The notes: generated by a model not told the origin, from the sequence alone. DNA of 64,000 nucleotides from Lentisphaerae bacterium RIFOXYA12_64_32 (GCA_001803235.1 MHBL01000459.1:4840-68839); one strand, 5' to 3'; counted from the stretch's first letter, positions 47,077 to 57,574 are shown. Translations and numbers: made by a program.

Positions 47077-48788
47077 CGAAACCCGCCGCCAACAGGTACG
47101 GCGCCTCCACGCCTGGCGTGCCGGTCATCGCGGTCGCGTGCGGATTCGTCGCCGTGGCCCTGTCGCGGATCCAGGAGCCGGTCGCCCAGGACGAGATCAA
47201 CTGGCTCTTCACCGCCGATGTCTTCCTGAATGAGGGGCACCGAACAACATCCCCGGTCGCGATGTTTTCGCCGCACCTGTACGTCAACCTCGTCTGGCTG
47301 TGCCTCAAGCTGTTCGGCCCCGGAGTGGCGGTGGCCCGCATTCCGGGCGTCCTCGCCTGGGTCCTGACTCTGGCGCTGGTGTGCGTCGTCGTCCGACGGT
47401 CGCGTCCAGCGGACGCCGGGACCGCACCGTGCCAGGCGTTCGTGGCCGTGCTGCTCTGTGCGTCGCTGCCTGCCGCAGTCCAGGCAGCGGCCATCATCGA
47501 CATCGACAACACGGTACTGGTCCCGGCCACCGTGGCGCTTTGTTACGCCTTCGAACGCCTGCTCAAAGAACGATCGGTTGCCTGGCACCTGGCATTCGCC
47601 CTGCTGATGTGTTTGGCGCTGTGGTGCCGGACCACGACACCGTTGGTGCTCATGCCCGTGTTTGTGGCCGTCGCTGCGCTGAGCGGCGGCGCTGGTGCGG
47701 CGGTCCGCGTCGGCGGCTGGGCTGCGCTCGGGGGTGCCGCATTCGCCGGCACCTGGCTGGTGTACTGCAAGGCGTTCGGGTTTAACGTCTGGGGGCCGCT
47801 GTCGTACACCGGGGGCTCACTCGTCTACCGGAGCATCGGGTCCGGTGGTTTCTCGGTTTCATGGTTCGCTCAGAGCCTGGTGTACCTGGTCCTCTGGACC
47901 GGCATGCTGACCCCCGTCCTGATCCTGTGGATCACGGGTTCGCGCCTGCGCTCGTGGTGGCGGGAACGCTGTGTCCGGCCGGAGGATATCTACCTGCTGG
48001 GCGGCTTGGCTTTGGTGATTGGTTACACGTTCGTGGGCGGCGCCGTGTACGGGTTTCCGAAGCATCACTGCCCGGGATTCCCCCTGCTTTGCATCGCGGC
48101 AGGCCTGGCGATGCCGAAGGCGGGCGGGTTGTGCGGCCGGCGCCTGTGGCTGCTGGTCCTGGCCCTGGCTGCCGCGGCGGCCCTGGTGCAATACCTGGTT
48201 GTGGGCGACCTGTTGCGCGTCATCCGTTGCGATCTCCGCACCGCAGTGCTGGAGCATGCTTCGGTTCGGCCGTTCGTCGTGTCTGCGGCCGTGCGGGCGA
48301 TCCTGGGATTCGGGATGTGCGCAGGGCTGGTCGGCCTGTCCAGCCGCGTCCACGGCGGGCGGGCGCTCCTGCTCCCGGTCGCCCTCGTCGTGGTGGTTCT
48401 GGGGGTGAACATGGGCTTGGTCGTCTTGCAGCAGGTCCGTCCCTACTACAAGGGCTACAACTACGGCGGGTCCGGCACCGTCGAGACAGCGCGGCGGCTG
48501 GATAAATGTGTGCCCGCCGCGCAGGAGATCATAGCCCCCTCCGAGGTGGTCTATTACCTCCACCGCGAGAGGCGCTATCACGAGAACGAGTTCTGGGACA
48601 GCCCCGAACGGCTGCGGGTTGCCTTGGAGGATCCACGCACCGGCGCGTTTGTCATCAGCCCCATGACGCACACCGTGGCGCAAGTCCGACAGACGACGGG
48701 CGATGGCGAGGTCGCGCGGTTGCTGCGCGAGCAGTTCATGACGGAGCGGATCGGTTCGTTCCGGGTCTCGACCAGGAAGCACGAATGA
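47067..48788 (+). CDS. Polytopic membrane protein, GT-C (PMT-like) candidate
   Basis: QDE loop after TM1, HLY.L.W...FG....ARIP, many hydrophobic segments, soluble C-terminal tail. Confidence 0.6.
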   Translation: MPIAKPAANRYGASTPGVPVIAVACGFVAVALSRIQEPVAQDEINWLFTADVFLNEGHRTTSPVAMFSPHLYVNLVWLCLKLFGPGVAVARIPGVLAWVLTLALVCVVVRRSRPADAGTAPCQAFVAVLLCASLPAAVQAAAIIDIDNTVLVPATVALCYAFERLLKERSVAWHLAFALLMCLALWCRTTTPLVLMPVFVAVAALSGGAGAAVRVGGWAALGGAAFAGTWLVYCKAFGFNVWGPLSYTGGSLVYRSIGSGGFSVSWFAQSLVYLVLWTGMLTPVLILWITGSRLRSWWRERCVRPEDIYLLGGLALVIGYTFVGGAVYGFPKHHCPGFPLLCIAAGLAMPKAGGLCGRRLWLLVLALAAAAALVQYLVVGDLLRVIRCDLRTAVLEHASVRPFVVSAAVRAILGFGMCAGLVGLSSRVHGGRALLLPVALVVVVLGVNMGLVVLQQVRPYYKGYNYGGSGTVETARRLDKCVPAAQEIIAPSEVVYYLHRERRYHENEFWDSPERLRVALEDPRTGAFVISPMTHTVAQVRQTTGDGEVARLLREQFMTERIGSFRVSTRKHE

Positions 48789-48902
48789 CTTGGCCCGCGG
48801 CGGGCACGGTCGGAGCCGCGTTGGTGCCCGCAGCGGATGGCCTTCCCTTCTCCCAGGTGCCCCGCTCTGGGCATGTCAGAACCGGCAGAGGCAGCATCCC
48901 GC

Positions 48903-49667
48903 ATGATGGATAGCGGAAACGAAGGCGAGGCCGTGCAGAACGCGATCAGCCGTGACTTGGCGGTGCTTCGCGGAACTGCCAACTACCGCGAATGGATTCA
49001 TCGGATATGCGTCCCGTTCATCGGGAAACGGATCCTCGAGGTGGGCGCGGGCATTGGCAACTACACGGAGAAGCTCCTCGGGGCTGACTGCGTTTTGGCC
49101 ACCGATGTCTATCCCCCCTATGTCCGGGAATTGGCGCGACGGTTTGGCTCGGCCGCGAACGTCAAGGTCTCGCAGCTAGACGTGTCGTGCATTGAGCCGC
49201 AGGCCGCCGCCCGCATCATGGCAGAGCGGCTGGATACGGTTCTGATGTTCAATGTCCTCGAGCATATTGCGGATCAACCCCCATGCGTCCGCAGCCTGCT
49301 CTCCCTGATCGAGCCGGGAGGACAAGTCGTTGTCGTTGGCCCGGCGATCCCTTTCCTGTTCAACAGTCTCGACCGTGCATACGGCCACTATCGCCGGCAC
49401 ACGGTGCAGGAGTTCCGTGACCTTGAACGGGAAATGCAGTTCAGAGTTGTCCATGCGAGATACTTCAACATTGTCGGGGTGGCCGGCTGGTGTCTGAATG
49501 GGGCACTTCTCCGCAGAGCACAGCTCTCTGTGTTCCAGACACGTACGTTTGACCTTCTCGTTCCGCTGCTGAGGAGAGTGGAGAGTGTGTTCCCGGTCGG
49601 CTTTGGCCTGTCAGTGGTTGTCGTCCTGCGGAAGGTGTCCGGCGCCTTGCCGCCGGAAGTGACGTGA
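48903..49667 (+). CDS. Class I SAM methyltransferase
   Basis: ILEVGAGIGNY, NVLEHIADQ, PGG, GHYRRHT; start uncertain (48837, 48873 or 48903). Confidence 0.82.
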   Translation: MMDSGNEGEAVQNAISRDLAVLRGTANYREWIHRICVPFIGKRILEVGAGIGNYTEKLLGADCVLATDVYPPYVRELARRFGSAANVKVSQLDVSCIEPQAAARIMAERLDTVLMFNVLEHIADQPPCVRSLLSLIEPGGQVVVVGPAIPFLFNSLDRAYGHYRRHTVQEFRDLEREMQFRVVHARYFNIVGVAGWCLNGALLRRAQLSVFQTRTFDLLVPLLRRVESVFPVGFGLSVVVVLRKVSGALPPEVT

Positions 49668-49691
49668 GGCATGTTCCGAAGGGAGTGACGA

Positions 49692-50591
49692 ATGCAGGAT
49701 ACATGCAGGCTCTGTGGGGGATCCCACACCTTCGTGCGATACAGACTCGGCAATCATACGGTCCGTCGCTGCAGGGACTGCGCCTTCATGTGGCTGACGC
49801 CGGTTCCCACTCCCGAGGAACTGCGAGCCGTCTATGGGGAGGGTTACTTCGCAAACGATCATTTCATGAGCGGACAGGACTCGGATATCTATGGGTACTA
49901 CGACTACCTGGCCGAACGGTTCGATCGACAGAGCGGGTATGTTGACTTCCTGAGAGAGGTCCGGTCTGGGGGGTTCACGGGCGGCGAGAAGCCAGCGCGA
50001 TTGCTGGACATCGGGTGCGGTTTTGGGTTCCTGCTGGATGTGGCCCAAGACGAGGGTTTCCAGGTCGAGGGTGTCGAGTTCAACGAGCGGGTCGTGGCAA
50101 CGGCCAAGGCAAAGTACAGTTTCCCCATCTACTGCGGGGATGTGGCGGACTTCCCAGGCAAGGGTTATGATGTGATCACCATGTTCGATGTGATCGAACA
50201 CGTTCTGGACCCCTTTGCGGTGATAGAGAAGTGCTGCAGTATGGTCAGAGTGGGGGGACTCGTGGTCATCGTCACGATGGATTCGGACAGCCCGGTGTCG
50301 CTGCTGTTCGGCAAGCGTCTAGAGGACTTCCGAAGGGTCAGGGAGCATCTGACTTTCTGGACGAGGCGGAGTATTGGGCGACTCTTGGAGGAGCGGGGGT
50401 TCGGCGTGAAGCGAATCCGCTACTACGGACACACATTCAAGCTGGGGTTCCTGGCCAAGAGAGTTTCCATGTGCAGCGCCGCACTGGGGTGGCTCCCGGC
50501 GAAAGCGGTTGCGGCGTTCGGTATAGCCGATGTGCGGATCAGGCTGAACCCCCTCACGAAGATGATGGTCCTTGCGGTACGGGAGCGGTAG
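49692..50591 (+). CDS. Class I SAM methyltransferase with an N-terminal Zn motif
   Basis: CRLC...CRDC, LLDIGCGFGFLL, YDVITMFDVIEHVLDP, EHLTFW. Confidence 0.85.
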   Translation: MQDTCRLCGGSHTFVRYRLGNHTVRRCRDCAFMWLTPVPTPEELRAVYGEGYFANDHFMSGQDSDIYGYYDYLAERFDRQSGYVDFLREVRSGGFTGGEKPARLLDIGCGFGFLLDVAQDEGFQVEGVEFNERVVATAKAKYSFPIYCGDVADFPGKGYDVITMFDVIEHVLDPFAVIEKCCSMVRVGGLVVIVTMDSDSPVSLLFGKRLEDFRRVREHLTFWTRRSIGRLLEERGFGVKRIRYYGHTFKLGFLAKRVSMCSAALGWLPAKAVAAFGIADVRIRLNPLTKMMVLAVRER

Positions 50592-50622
50592 GCTGCGGGC
50601 ACACTGCGAGAGAGGTGAGACC

Positions 50623-51834
50623 ATGGTGCGGCTTTCGAATAGCGACGATTGGACAGGGGGGCGGTCTCGGGAGGGTTGGCTGGGCTATCCGCCCCGGGTG
50701 TGGGCGGGGTTGCTGGTTGTCGGCTTTTTTCTGCAGGTTGCGGGGATGCTGTATGCCAACGGCGGGGTCTTCCATGCGGGGGATTCAGAGCAGTACATCG
50801 GAAGTGCCGACAATGTGTTGCACGGTCTGCCCCCCGTGGGATTCCGCAGTGCGTACATTGGGTACGTCATGGTCGTGGCGACGTTCAAGTTCCTGGGGCT
50901 TGGCCTGCCGGGTGTCGTGGCGTTTCAGGTGGTTCTCGCCTTGGTGACTGCAATGGCCGTCTTCGATCTCGGCAGGAAGGCGGGGGGAATGGGGGCGGGC
51001 TACATGGCGGCGGCCTTGTTCCTCTGGAATCCGGATGTCGTCAGGTGGCACGTCTACATTCTGTCGGACTCAACCTACATGTCGATGGTGGTTCTGACGG
51101 TGTGGAGCGCCCACCGTGCCACAGAGCGGCGGACGCCGGGCGCACTTGCCATCGCTCTTGTGCTTCTGTGCGCGGCGACGCTGATCCGTCCACACGGCTG
51201 GGTACTCCCGCCAGCGGTCTTCGGGTCCTGGGCGATCCTTCTTCCCACGAGTCAGTGGAAGCGAGCCTTCTTCCTCGGGGCGGTAGTCGTAACGTTCCTT
51301 CTCCTGATGGTGTGTGGATCGTACTTCAAGGAGAAGAGAAAGGAGGCGACGGACTCGGTCCAGCGGCTGTTCTGCGGGCATGTGTTCGGCGCTCCCCCGA
51401 ATCCGTGGGCGGTGAGTATGCCCGTGTCTATGCCCGGTGACGACAGGGAGGTCGCCCGATACATCCTCAGGCACCCCCTTGCCTGCGCCAAGCTGGGGTT
51501 GGCAAGGATCGGAGCCGAAGTCGTTCACGGTCGCCCGTACTTCTCAGTTCGTCACAACCTGTTCATCGTCGTGGTCTACCCGGCGCTCTACCTCCTGGCT
51601 CTATGGAGTTGTTTTCGGCTCTGGCGTACTCCCCTGGTGCTTCTCGTCCTGATGGTCGCAACTGGCCACAGTGGCGTTGTTGCCCTGACGTTTGCCGATA
51701 TCGATGGGCGAACCGTCCTTTACATGTACGCGCTGTTGGCAGTCCTGGCGTCGTTGTCTCTGGCCCGCTTGGTGGGGCGGACTGATCTCGGCCCGCATGA
51801 ACCGGCACCGTCCGCCCCGAATCGTCAGGCATAG
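50623..51834 (+). CDS. Polytopic membrane protein, GT-C candidate
   Basis: GDSEQY loop, GY..F...F, ILSDS, LIRPHG, many TM segments; GAGGTG RBS. Confidence 0.6.
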   Translation: MVRLSNSDDWTGGRSREGWLGYPPRVWAGLLVVGFFLQVAGMLYANGGVFHAGDSEQYIGSADNVLHGLPPVGFRSAYIGYVMVVATFKFLGLGLPGVVAFQVVLALVTAMAVFDLGRKAGGMGAGYMAAALFLWNPDVVRWHVYILSDSTYMSMVVLTVWSAHRATERRTPGALAIALVLLCAATLIRPHGWVLPPAVFGSWAILLPTSQWKRAFFLGAVVVTFLLLMVCGSYFKEKRKEATDSVQRLFCGHVFGAPPNPWAVSMPVSMPGDDREVARYILRHPLACAKLGLARIGAEVVHGRPYFSVRHNLFIVVVYPALYLLALWSCFRLWRTPLVLLVLMVATGHSGVVALTFADIDGRTVLYMYALLAVLASLSLARLVGRTDLGPHEPAPSAPNRQA

Positions 51835-52003
51835 CGCTCTGCCTTTGCGCCGGCCCATCGCGTGTCCTGCCTGTGCGGCAGACGGACGATTTGGCGGGTG
51901 AGGACGGCGGGGATCTCGCACCGGGAAAGAGGGTCGAGGTCTCCCCAACGGCAGTCGGTCATCTGGTGTTGTGGCTGCAGTCCACCAACGGAGATACTGC
52001 CCG

Positions 52004-53335
52004 TTGCGAATCCTTCAAGTCAACACCGCCGACTCGGGCGGGGGCGCCGAGGGGTCGGCCATGCGGCTGGTCGAGGAGTACCGGCGGCGTGGCCACGATT
52101 CCTGGCTGGCGGTCGGGCGCAAGTATGGCGTCGATCCCGACGTCCTTGAGATTCCGGTCGCCCCGGCGCCGGGCGCAGCGGGGCGACTGCTCCAGGGGCT
52201 GGCCACGGGCTTACGCCGGCGGTTTTCGGGCAACAGTGTGGTGCGGGCCCTGGAACGACGGTCGCTGCAGATCGCCGACCCCGAACGCCGCCGCGCCTGG
52301 TGGCGCGGCCACGAGGTCTTTCACTTCCCGGGCTCGCGACAACTGCTGCAGTTGTCGCCGCGCGTGCCGGACATCGTGCATTGCCACAACCTGCACGGTT
52401 GGTATTTCGACCTGACCTTCCTGCCGGAACTGAGCCGGCAAGTGCCCGTGGTCCTGAATCTGCGCGACGCCTGGCTGCTCACCGGGCACTGCGCGCACTT
52501 TTTCAACTGTGAACGCTGGAAGCACGGCTGCGGCCAGTGTCCGGACCTCCAGACCTATCCCGCGATCCGACGCGACGCTACGGCCGCGAACTGGCAGCGC
52601 AAGGCCGAGATCTATGCCGCCAGCCGGCTTTACGTCACCACCATCTCGCAGTGGCTCGCGGACTGTGTGCGCGAGTCCATGCTCAAGCCCATGGAGTGTC
52701 GCGTCATCCCCAACGGCATCGACCTGGATGTGTTCCGGCCCGGCGACAAGGTGCAAGCCCGACAGGCGTTGGACTTGCCTCTGGACCGGCGAATCGTGCT
52801 CTTCGCAGGGACAGGCCTGCGCCAGAACCCCTTCAAGGACTATTCGACCGCGCGGCGCGCCATGGCGCTGGCTGCCGCACGGGCCAGCGCGGCGGACGGG
52901 GGGCTGCTGTTCCTCTGTCTCGGTTCGCACGGTCAAACCGAGGTGGACGGCCCGCTGACCGTACGGCATGTGCCGTTCGTGCGGAGTCCGCAACGGATGG
53001 CGGAGTACTACCGCGCCGCCGACGTCTACCTCCATGCGGCCAGAGCCGAGGCGTTCGGCAAGGCGGTCACCGAGGCCATGGCGTGCGGGACCCCGGTGGT
53101 CGCCTCCCGCGTCGGCGGCATTCCCGAACAGGTGGTGGACGGCCAGACCGGGTTCCTGGTCCCCGTCGGCGACGGCGACGCCATGGCAGAGCGGCTCACC
53201 GGATTGCTGGCCGACCCTGGCCTGCGGGCAGAGGCGGGGTGGCGCGCGGCGCAGCGCGGCGCGACGTTCTCGCTGACACGCCAAGTCGACAGCTTCCTTG
53301 CCTGGTACGAGGAGATCATCGACCTGTGCGGGTAA
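52004..53335 (+). CDS. GT4 glycosyltransferase (WcaC-like)
   Basis: [68 protein letters not shown]; the stop codon is supplied by a MITE TIR. Confidence 0.9.
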   Translation: MRILQVNTADSGGGAEGSAMRLVEEYRRRGHDSWLAVGRKYGVDPDVLEIPVAPAPGAAGRLLQGLATGLRRRFSGNSVVRALERRSLQIADPERRRAWWRGHEVFHFPGSRQLLQLSPRVPDIVHCHNLHGWYFDLTFLPELSRQVPVVLNLRDAWLLTGHCAHFFNCERWKHGCGQCPDLQTYPAIRRDATAANWQRKAEIYAASRLYVTTISQWLADCVRESMLKPMECRVIPNGIDLDVFRPGDKVQARQALDLPLDRRIVLFAGTGLRQNPFKDYSTARRAMALAAARASAADGGLLFLCLGSHGQTEVDGPLTVRHVPFVRSPQRMAEYYRAADVYLHAARAEAFGKAVTEAMACGTPVVASRVGGIPEQVVDGQTGFLVPVGDGDAMAERLTGLLADPGLRAEAGWRAAQRGATFSLTRQVDSFLAWYEEIIDLCG

Positions 53336-53581
53336 ATCCTGAGAGAGAAGAGGCCCCACCGTGGACGCCAGGATGCGCCTGTTCGTAGTGGGCTCGCAGT
53401 GCGCGGAACGAAGTGGAGCGCCAAGAGCCCATCCGGCGCGTTGCGGCGGTCTGGCGCGGGGATGGTGTCTTGCCCGGCGGACAACCGCCGGGACTGCGAC
53501 ACCACTACGAGCGGCGCCGCGACCGATGCCTGTTCGCACGAGGGCGTCATCCCGCGCGGCTGGATCTACCCGTACAGGTCG
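53320..53581 (+). mobile_element. MITE, CGACCTGTGC family, interior type A
   Basis: TIRs at 53320-53339 and 53562-53581; TSD GAGATCAT/GGGATTAT (6/8, both transitions); interior homologous to 9411-9794. Confidence 0.85.
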
Positions 53582-53776
53582 GGGATTATGGCCGCCACAA
53601 GACGCGCTTCGTAATGCCTCGCCGCGCCTCCGGTCTTGAGTTCCGGTCCCGGTGCGGTACCTTCACTGGGCCGTTCGCACTTGCGGTTCAGCCAACGTTC
53701 CGAGTCGGGTTACTGGGAACACAACAGGTCCAAGGCGTGCGGCAGGTGTGGTTTCACAACTGAGAAGGTCCTGAGC

Positions 53777-54790
53777 TTGATCAACATCGCGGTTTTGGGC
53801 TGTGGACACTGGGGTGGGAACTATCTGCGCCTGGGCAGCGCTGCGGAGGGAGTCCGACTCGTTGCCTGCGCCGACGCCAGCCAGGAGCGCGTGGCGGCGG
53901 TGCGGCGGATGTATCCCGAGGTCGAGGCTTCGACCTCGGCGTCCGACATTCTGGCCAGGGACGACATCCAAGCCGTGGTGATCGCTACGCCCACGGAGAC
54001 CCACTACCTGTTGGCCAGGCAAGCATTGGAGTCCGGAAAGGACGTCTTGTGCGAGAAACCACTCACCGCTTCCGTCGGCGAGGCGGCGGAGCTGGTGCGG
54101 ATATCGCAAGACCGGAACCGGATCCTGATGACTGGGCACATTTTCCTCTTCAACCCAGGGATTCGGAAGGTGCGGGATTGCATCACCGCGGGTGAATGCG
54201 GGAAGCCCTGCTACCTGCACTCCGTCCGCACGAACCTCGGCCCGTTCCGGCGTGACGTGAACGTCGTCTGGGACCTGGCGCCCCACGATATTTCCATCTT
54301 CTCATACCTGCTGGGGGCACAGCCGTTCCGGGTCTGGGCCAAGGGCGAATCATTCCTTCAACCGGGCATTGAGGACGTGGCGTTCATCACGCTGGCCTAT
54401 CCGGACAAGGTACTAGGCCATATGCACGTCAGTTGGCTGGAGCCCAGGAAGGTGCGCCAGATCACGGTCATCGGGGACAAGAAGATGGTTGGCTGGGACG
54501 ACCTCGACCCCGTCGGCCCTGTCCGCGTCTACGACAAGAGCGTTGGCCGGGACCGGTTCTACGACAACTTCGGCGAGTTCTGCCTCCTGGCGCGCGAAGG
54601 AGACATCACGATTCCGCGAGTGACCCTGGGCGAGCCCCTGAAGGCGGAATTCGCCCACTTCCTCGATTGTGTGACCACCCGCAAGGCGCCCGTCACGGAT
54701 GGCGCCAACGGGTTGCAGGTGGTCAAGGTGCTCGCCGCGATTCAGCGCTCGATGCAGCAGGATGGCTTGCCACAGGAGGTGGATGCATGA
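53777..54790 (+). CDS. Gfo/Idh/MocA oxidoreductase (WbpB/GnnA-like)
   Basis: IAVLGCGHWG, IATPTETH, VLCEKP, WDLAPHD, SWLEP; TTG start inferred. Confidence 0.88.
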   Translation: MINIAVLGCGHWGGNYLRLGSAAEGVRLVACADASQERVAAVRRMYPEVEASTSASDILARDDIQAVVIATPTETHYLLARQALESGKDVLCEKPLTASVGEAAELVRISQDRNRILMTGHIFLFNPGIRKVRDCITAGECGKPCYLHSVRTNLGPFRRDVNVVWDLAPHDISIFSYLLGAQPFRVWAKGESFLQPGIEDVAFITLAYPDKVLGHMHVSWLEPRKVRQITVIGDKKMVGWDDLDPVGPVRVYDKSVGRDRFYDNFGEFCLLAREGDITIPRVTLGEPLKAEFAHFLDCVTTRKAPVTDGANGLQVVKVLAAIQRSMQQDGLPQEVDA

Positions 54791-56196
54791 CGACTGAAGC
54801 GGCTGACGCGGTGTCTCCCGCTGACCCCTTGGTCTCTGTGGGGCCGGGCAGTCATGTTGACCCCCAGGCAACCGTCGGTAGTGTTCCCGGCCGCAAGGTT
54901 GCCAGCCTGGTCGGCAGCATTGGCCGCAACGCGACGATCCGCTCGGGGACCGTGATCTATGCCGGGACGCAGATCGGCGAGGGGTTCGAGACGGGGCACC
55001 ACGTCGTCATCCGGGAGGAAAACCGGATCGGTGACCATTTCCGCATATGGAACAACTCGACCGTCGATTACGGCTGCATCATCGGCAACGGCGTCCGCAT
55101 CCACTGCGGCGTGTATGTCGCGCAGTACACAACGATCGAAGACGATGTGTTCATCGCCCCTGGCGTGATGATCGGCAACGACCCGCATCCGATATGCACG
55201 CGGTGCATGAAGGGGCCCACCATCAAGCGGGGTGCGAGAATCGGCCTGAACGCCACGCTGCTGCCCCGCGTGATCATCGGCGAGGGCGCTCTGGTGGGTG
55301 CGGGTGCGGTAGTCACCCGGGATGTGCCGCCCGGGGCGGTCGTTGCCGGCAATCCTGCCAGAGTCATTAACTCCGTGGCCAATCTGACCTGCAAAGCCGG
55401 GATCCTGGATCGGCCCTATGGTCAGGTCAAGTGCGAGCCGCCCCCGGCCGGGACGGCGCGCGGCGCGACAACGTCCGGCGCGCGGGCAATCCTCGTCCTG
55501 CCGGCCCTCAACGAAGTGGGGAAGATCAGCCGCGTCATCGATCGGACCAAGGCCCTGGAGGGCGGGTTCATCGAGGAAATCCTTGTCGTTGACGACGGCT
55601 CGACGGACCGCACGGCCGACGAGTCGGCGGAGCATGGCGCCAAGGTCATCAAGCACCCGAAGAACATGGGGGTTGGGGCCGCCATCCGCACCGGGATTGA
55701 CTATGCCATTCAGAATCAGTTTGATATCGTCGTGGTCATGGGCTCCGACGACCAGGACAATCCGAGCGAGATTCCGCGGGTCCTCCGGCCGATCCTGCAT
55801 GACCACTTCGTCTTTGTCCAAGGGTCCAGATACCTGGCGGGCGGCGCACGGGTCAACATCCCCCTTTTCCGACGGGTCACCACGGCCATCTACTCGGTGC
55901 TGTTCAAGACCATCATTCGGTTTCCCGTGACGGACGGCACCAACGGGTTCCGTGCCTTCCGCACCTCCGTGCTCAAGGACCGGTCCATCAATCTGTGGCA
56001 GGCGTGGCTGGACCACTACGAGCTCGAGCCGTACCTGTTCTATAAGGTCATCGAAACGGGGCTTCCGGTCACCGAGGTGCCGGTGACGAAACGGTATCCC
56101 AAGGGGAAAGTCGGCTATACCAAGATGGTCCCGATCCTCGACTGGTGGAGCATTCTCCGGCCGCTGGTCTACCTCCGCCTGGGTCTGCGCAAGTAA
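54787..56196 (+). CDS. Hexapeptide N-acetyltransferase fused to a DPM1-like GT2
   Basis: LbH repeats (IG..A.I..G..I), VAGNPAR; linker; then LVLPALNE, VDDGSTD, GSDDQDNP, VQGSRY, TDGTNGFRAF. Confidence 0.85.
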   Translation: MTTEAADAVSPADPLVSVGPGSHVDPQATVGSVPGRKVASLVGSIGRNATIRSGTVIYAGTQIGEGFETGHHVVIREENRIGDHFRIWNNSTVDYGCIIGNGVRIHCGVYVAQYTTIEDDVFIAPGVMIGNDPHPICTRCMKGPTIKRGARIGLNATLLPRVIIGEGALVGAGAVVTRDVPPGAVVAGNPARVINSVANLTCKAGILDRPYGQVKCEPPPAGTARGATTSGARAILVLPALNEVGKISRVIDRTKALEGGFIEEILVVDDGSTDRTADESAEHGAKVIKHPKNMGVGAAIRTGIDYAIQNQFDIVVVMGSDDQDNPSEIPRVLRPILHDHFVFVQGSRYLAGGARVNIPLFRRVTTAIYSVLFKTIIRFPVTDGTNGFRAFRTSVLKDRSINLWQAWLDHYELEPYLFYKVIETGLPVTEVPVTKRYPKGKVGYTKMVPILDWWSILRPLVYLRLGLRK

Positions 56197-56197
56197 G

Positions 56198-56421
56198 CGA
56201 CCAGTGCAATACCCCGACCCCACCGGCCTTGTGCCGGTGGTGAAGGAGGTTGGTTTGGCTAAGCGGACCGTCCCCCGCCCGGATTTTCCTCTTCTCCGGT
56301 CGGACCGCGGCCGCTGTCCGACCGGAGAAGAGGGGGGCCACGGATCGACCAGCCGTTGGACCTGCTTCACCACCGGCGCAAGGCCGGTGGGGTCGCCAAG
56401 CCGTCCCTATTGCACAGGTCG
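56198..56421. mobile_element. MITE, CGACCTGTGC family (CAATA subtype), with an F-like arm-hairpin-arm interior
   Basis: Ends CGACCAGTGCAATA and TATTGCACAGGTCG; TSD CAAGTAAG/AAAATAAG (6/8); 30-bp inverted arms at 56216-56245 and 56365-56394; 18-bp central stem at 56288-56333. Confidence 0.75.
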
Positions 56422-56441
56422 AAAATAAGAGGGCCTCTCGC

Positions 56442-57545
56442 ATGCAAGTGCCATTCCTGGACCTGAAGACTCAGTACGAGACCATGGCGGTCGAACTGAA
56501 CGAGGCCGTCACGGCCGTCATGAAACGAGGGGACTTCATCCTCGGCAAGGAGGTCGGGCTCTTCGAGCAGGAGTTCGCCGCCTTCTGTGGGGTACGCCAC
56601 GCCGTCGGCGTGGCGTCGGGGACCGACGCGCTGATTCTGGCCTTGATGGCCGACGGCATCGGCCCGGGCGACGAGGTCATCACTGCCGCCAACACCTTCA
56701 TCGCCACGGTGCTGGCCATTTCCGCCGTTGGCGCCAAGCCCGTACTGGTGGATATCGACCCGACCACCGACACGCTCGACATAGACAAAGCCACCGCAGC
56801 GGTTACCGCGCGAACCCGGGCCGTCATCCCGGTGCACCTCTATGGGCAGACCGCCGACATGGACCGGGTGCTGCAACTGGCTCGCACCTGCAATCTGAAG
56901 GTCATTGAGGACGCCTGCCAGGCCCACGGCGCCGACTTCCGTACGCGCATGGCCGGATCCATGGGGCATGCCGGGTGTTTCAGCTTCTACCCCGGCAAGA
57001 ACCTCGGTGCGTACGGCGACGGAGGGATGGTGGTCACCGACGACGGCGATCTTGCCGCCCGACTGCGAATGCTCCGCAACTACGGGCAGCGGGTCAAGTA
57101 CTGCCACGAACTGCGAGGCATGAACAGCCGGCTGGATACCCTGCAGGCGGCCGTGCTGCGGGTGAAGTTGAAGCGGCTTCCGGCGTGGAACGAGGCGCGG
57201 CGTGCTCACGCGTGCCGTTACAACGAACAGCTCAAGGATTCGGGGGTCGTGACCCCGGTCGAGGCGCCGGGGCGGAAGCATATCTACCACCTCTATGTCG
57301 TCAGGACCCAGAACCGCGAAGGCCTGCGACAACACTTGGAAGGGCGTGGTGTCGCCGTTGGCATTCACTACCCTGTGCCCGTTCATCTGCAAGCAGCTTA
57401 CAAGGACCTGGGATACGCTGAAGGCGCCTTCCCGATCACCGAACAACACGCGGCGCACGTCCTCTCCCTGCCCATGTTTCCGGAACTGACGGAAGAACAG
57501 ATTGGTTACACCGTCACGGCCGTCCGCGAAGCCGCCGCTCGGTGA
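56442..57545 (+). CDS. DegT/DnrJ/EryC1/StrS aminotransferase (WbpE-like)
   Basis: VPFLDLKTQY, ASGTDAL, PVHLYGQ, EDACQAHGA, SFYPGKNLGAYGDGG, NSRLDTLQAA, SLPMFP. Confidence 0.93.
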   Translation: MQVPFLDLKTQYETMAVELNEAVTAVMKRGDFILGKEVGLFEQEFAAFCGVRHAVGVASGTDALILALMADGIGPGDEVITAANTFIATVLAISAVGAKPVLVDIDPTTDTLDIDKATAAVTARTRAVIPVHLYGQTADMDRVLQLARTCNLKVIEDACQAHGADFRTRMAGSMGHAGCFSFYPGKNLGAYGDGGMVVTDDGDLAARLRMLRNYGQRVKYCHELRGMNSRLDTLQAAVLRVKLKRLPAWNEARRAHACRYNEQLKDSGVVTPVEAPGRKHIYHLYVVRTQNREGLRQHLEGRGVAVGIHYPVPVHLQAAYKDLGYAEGAFPITEQHAAHVLSLPMFPELTEEQIGYTVTAVREAAAR

Positions 57546-57574
57546 CATCGTTGTCGAAACGAAACCGAAGACAC

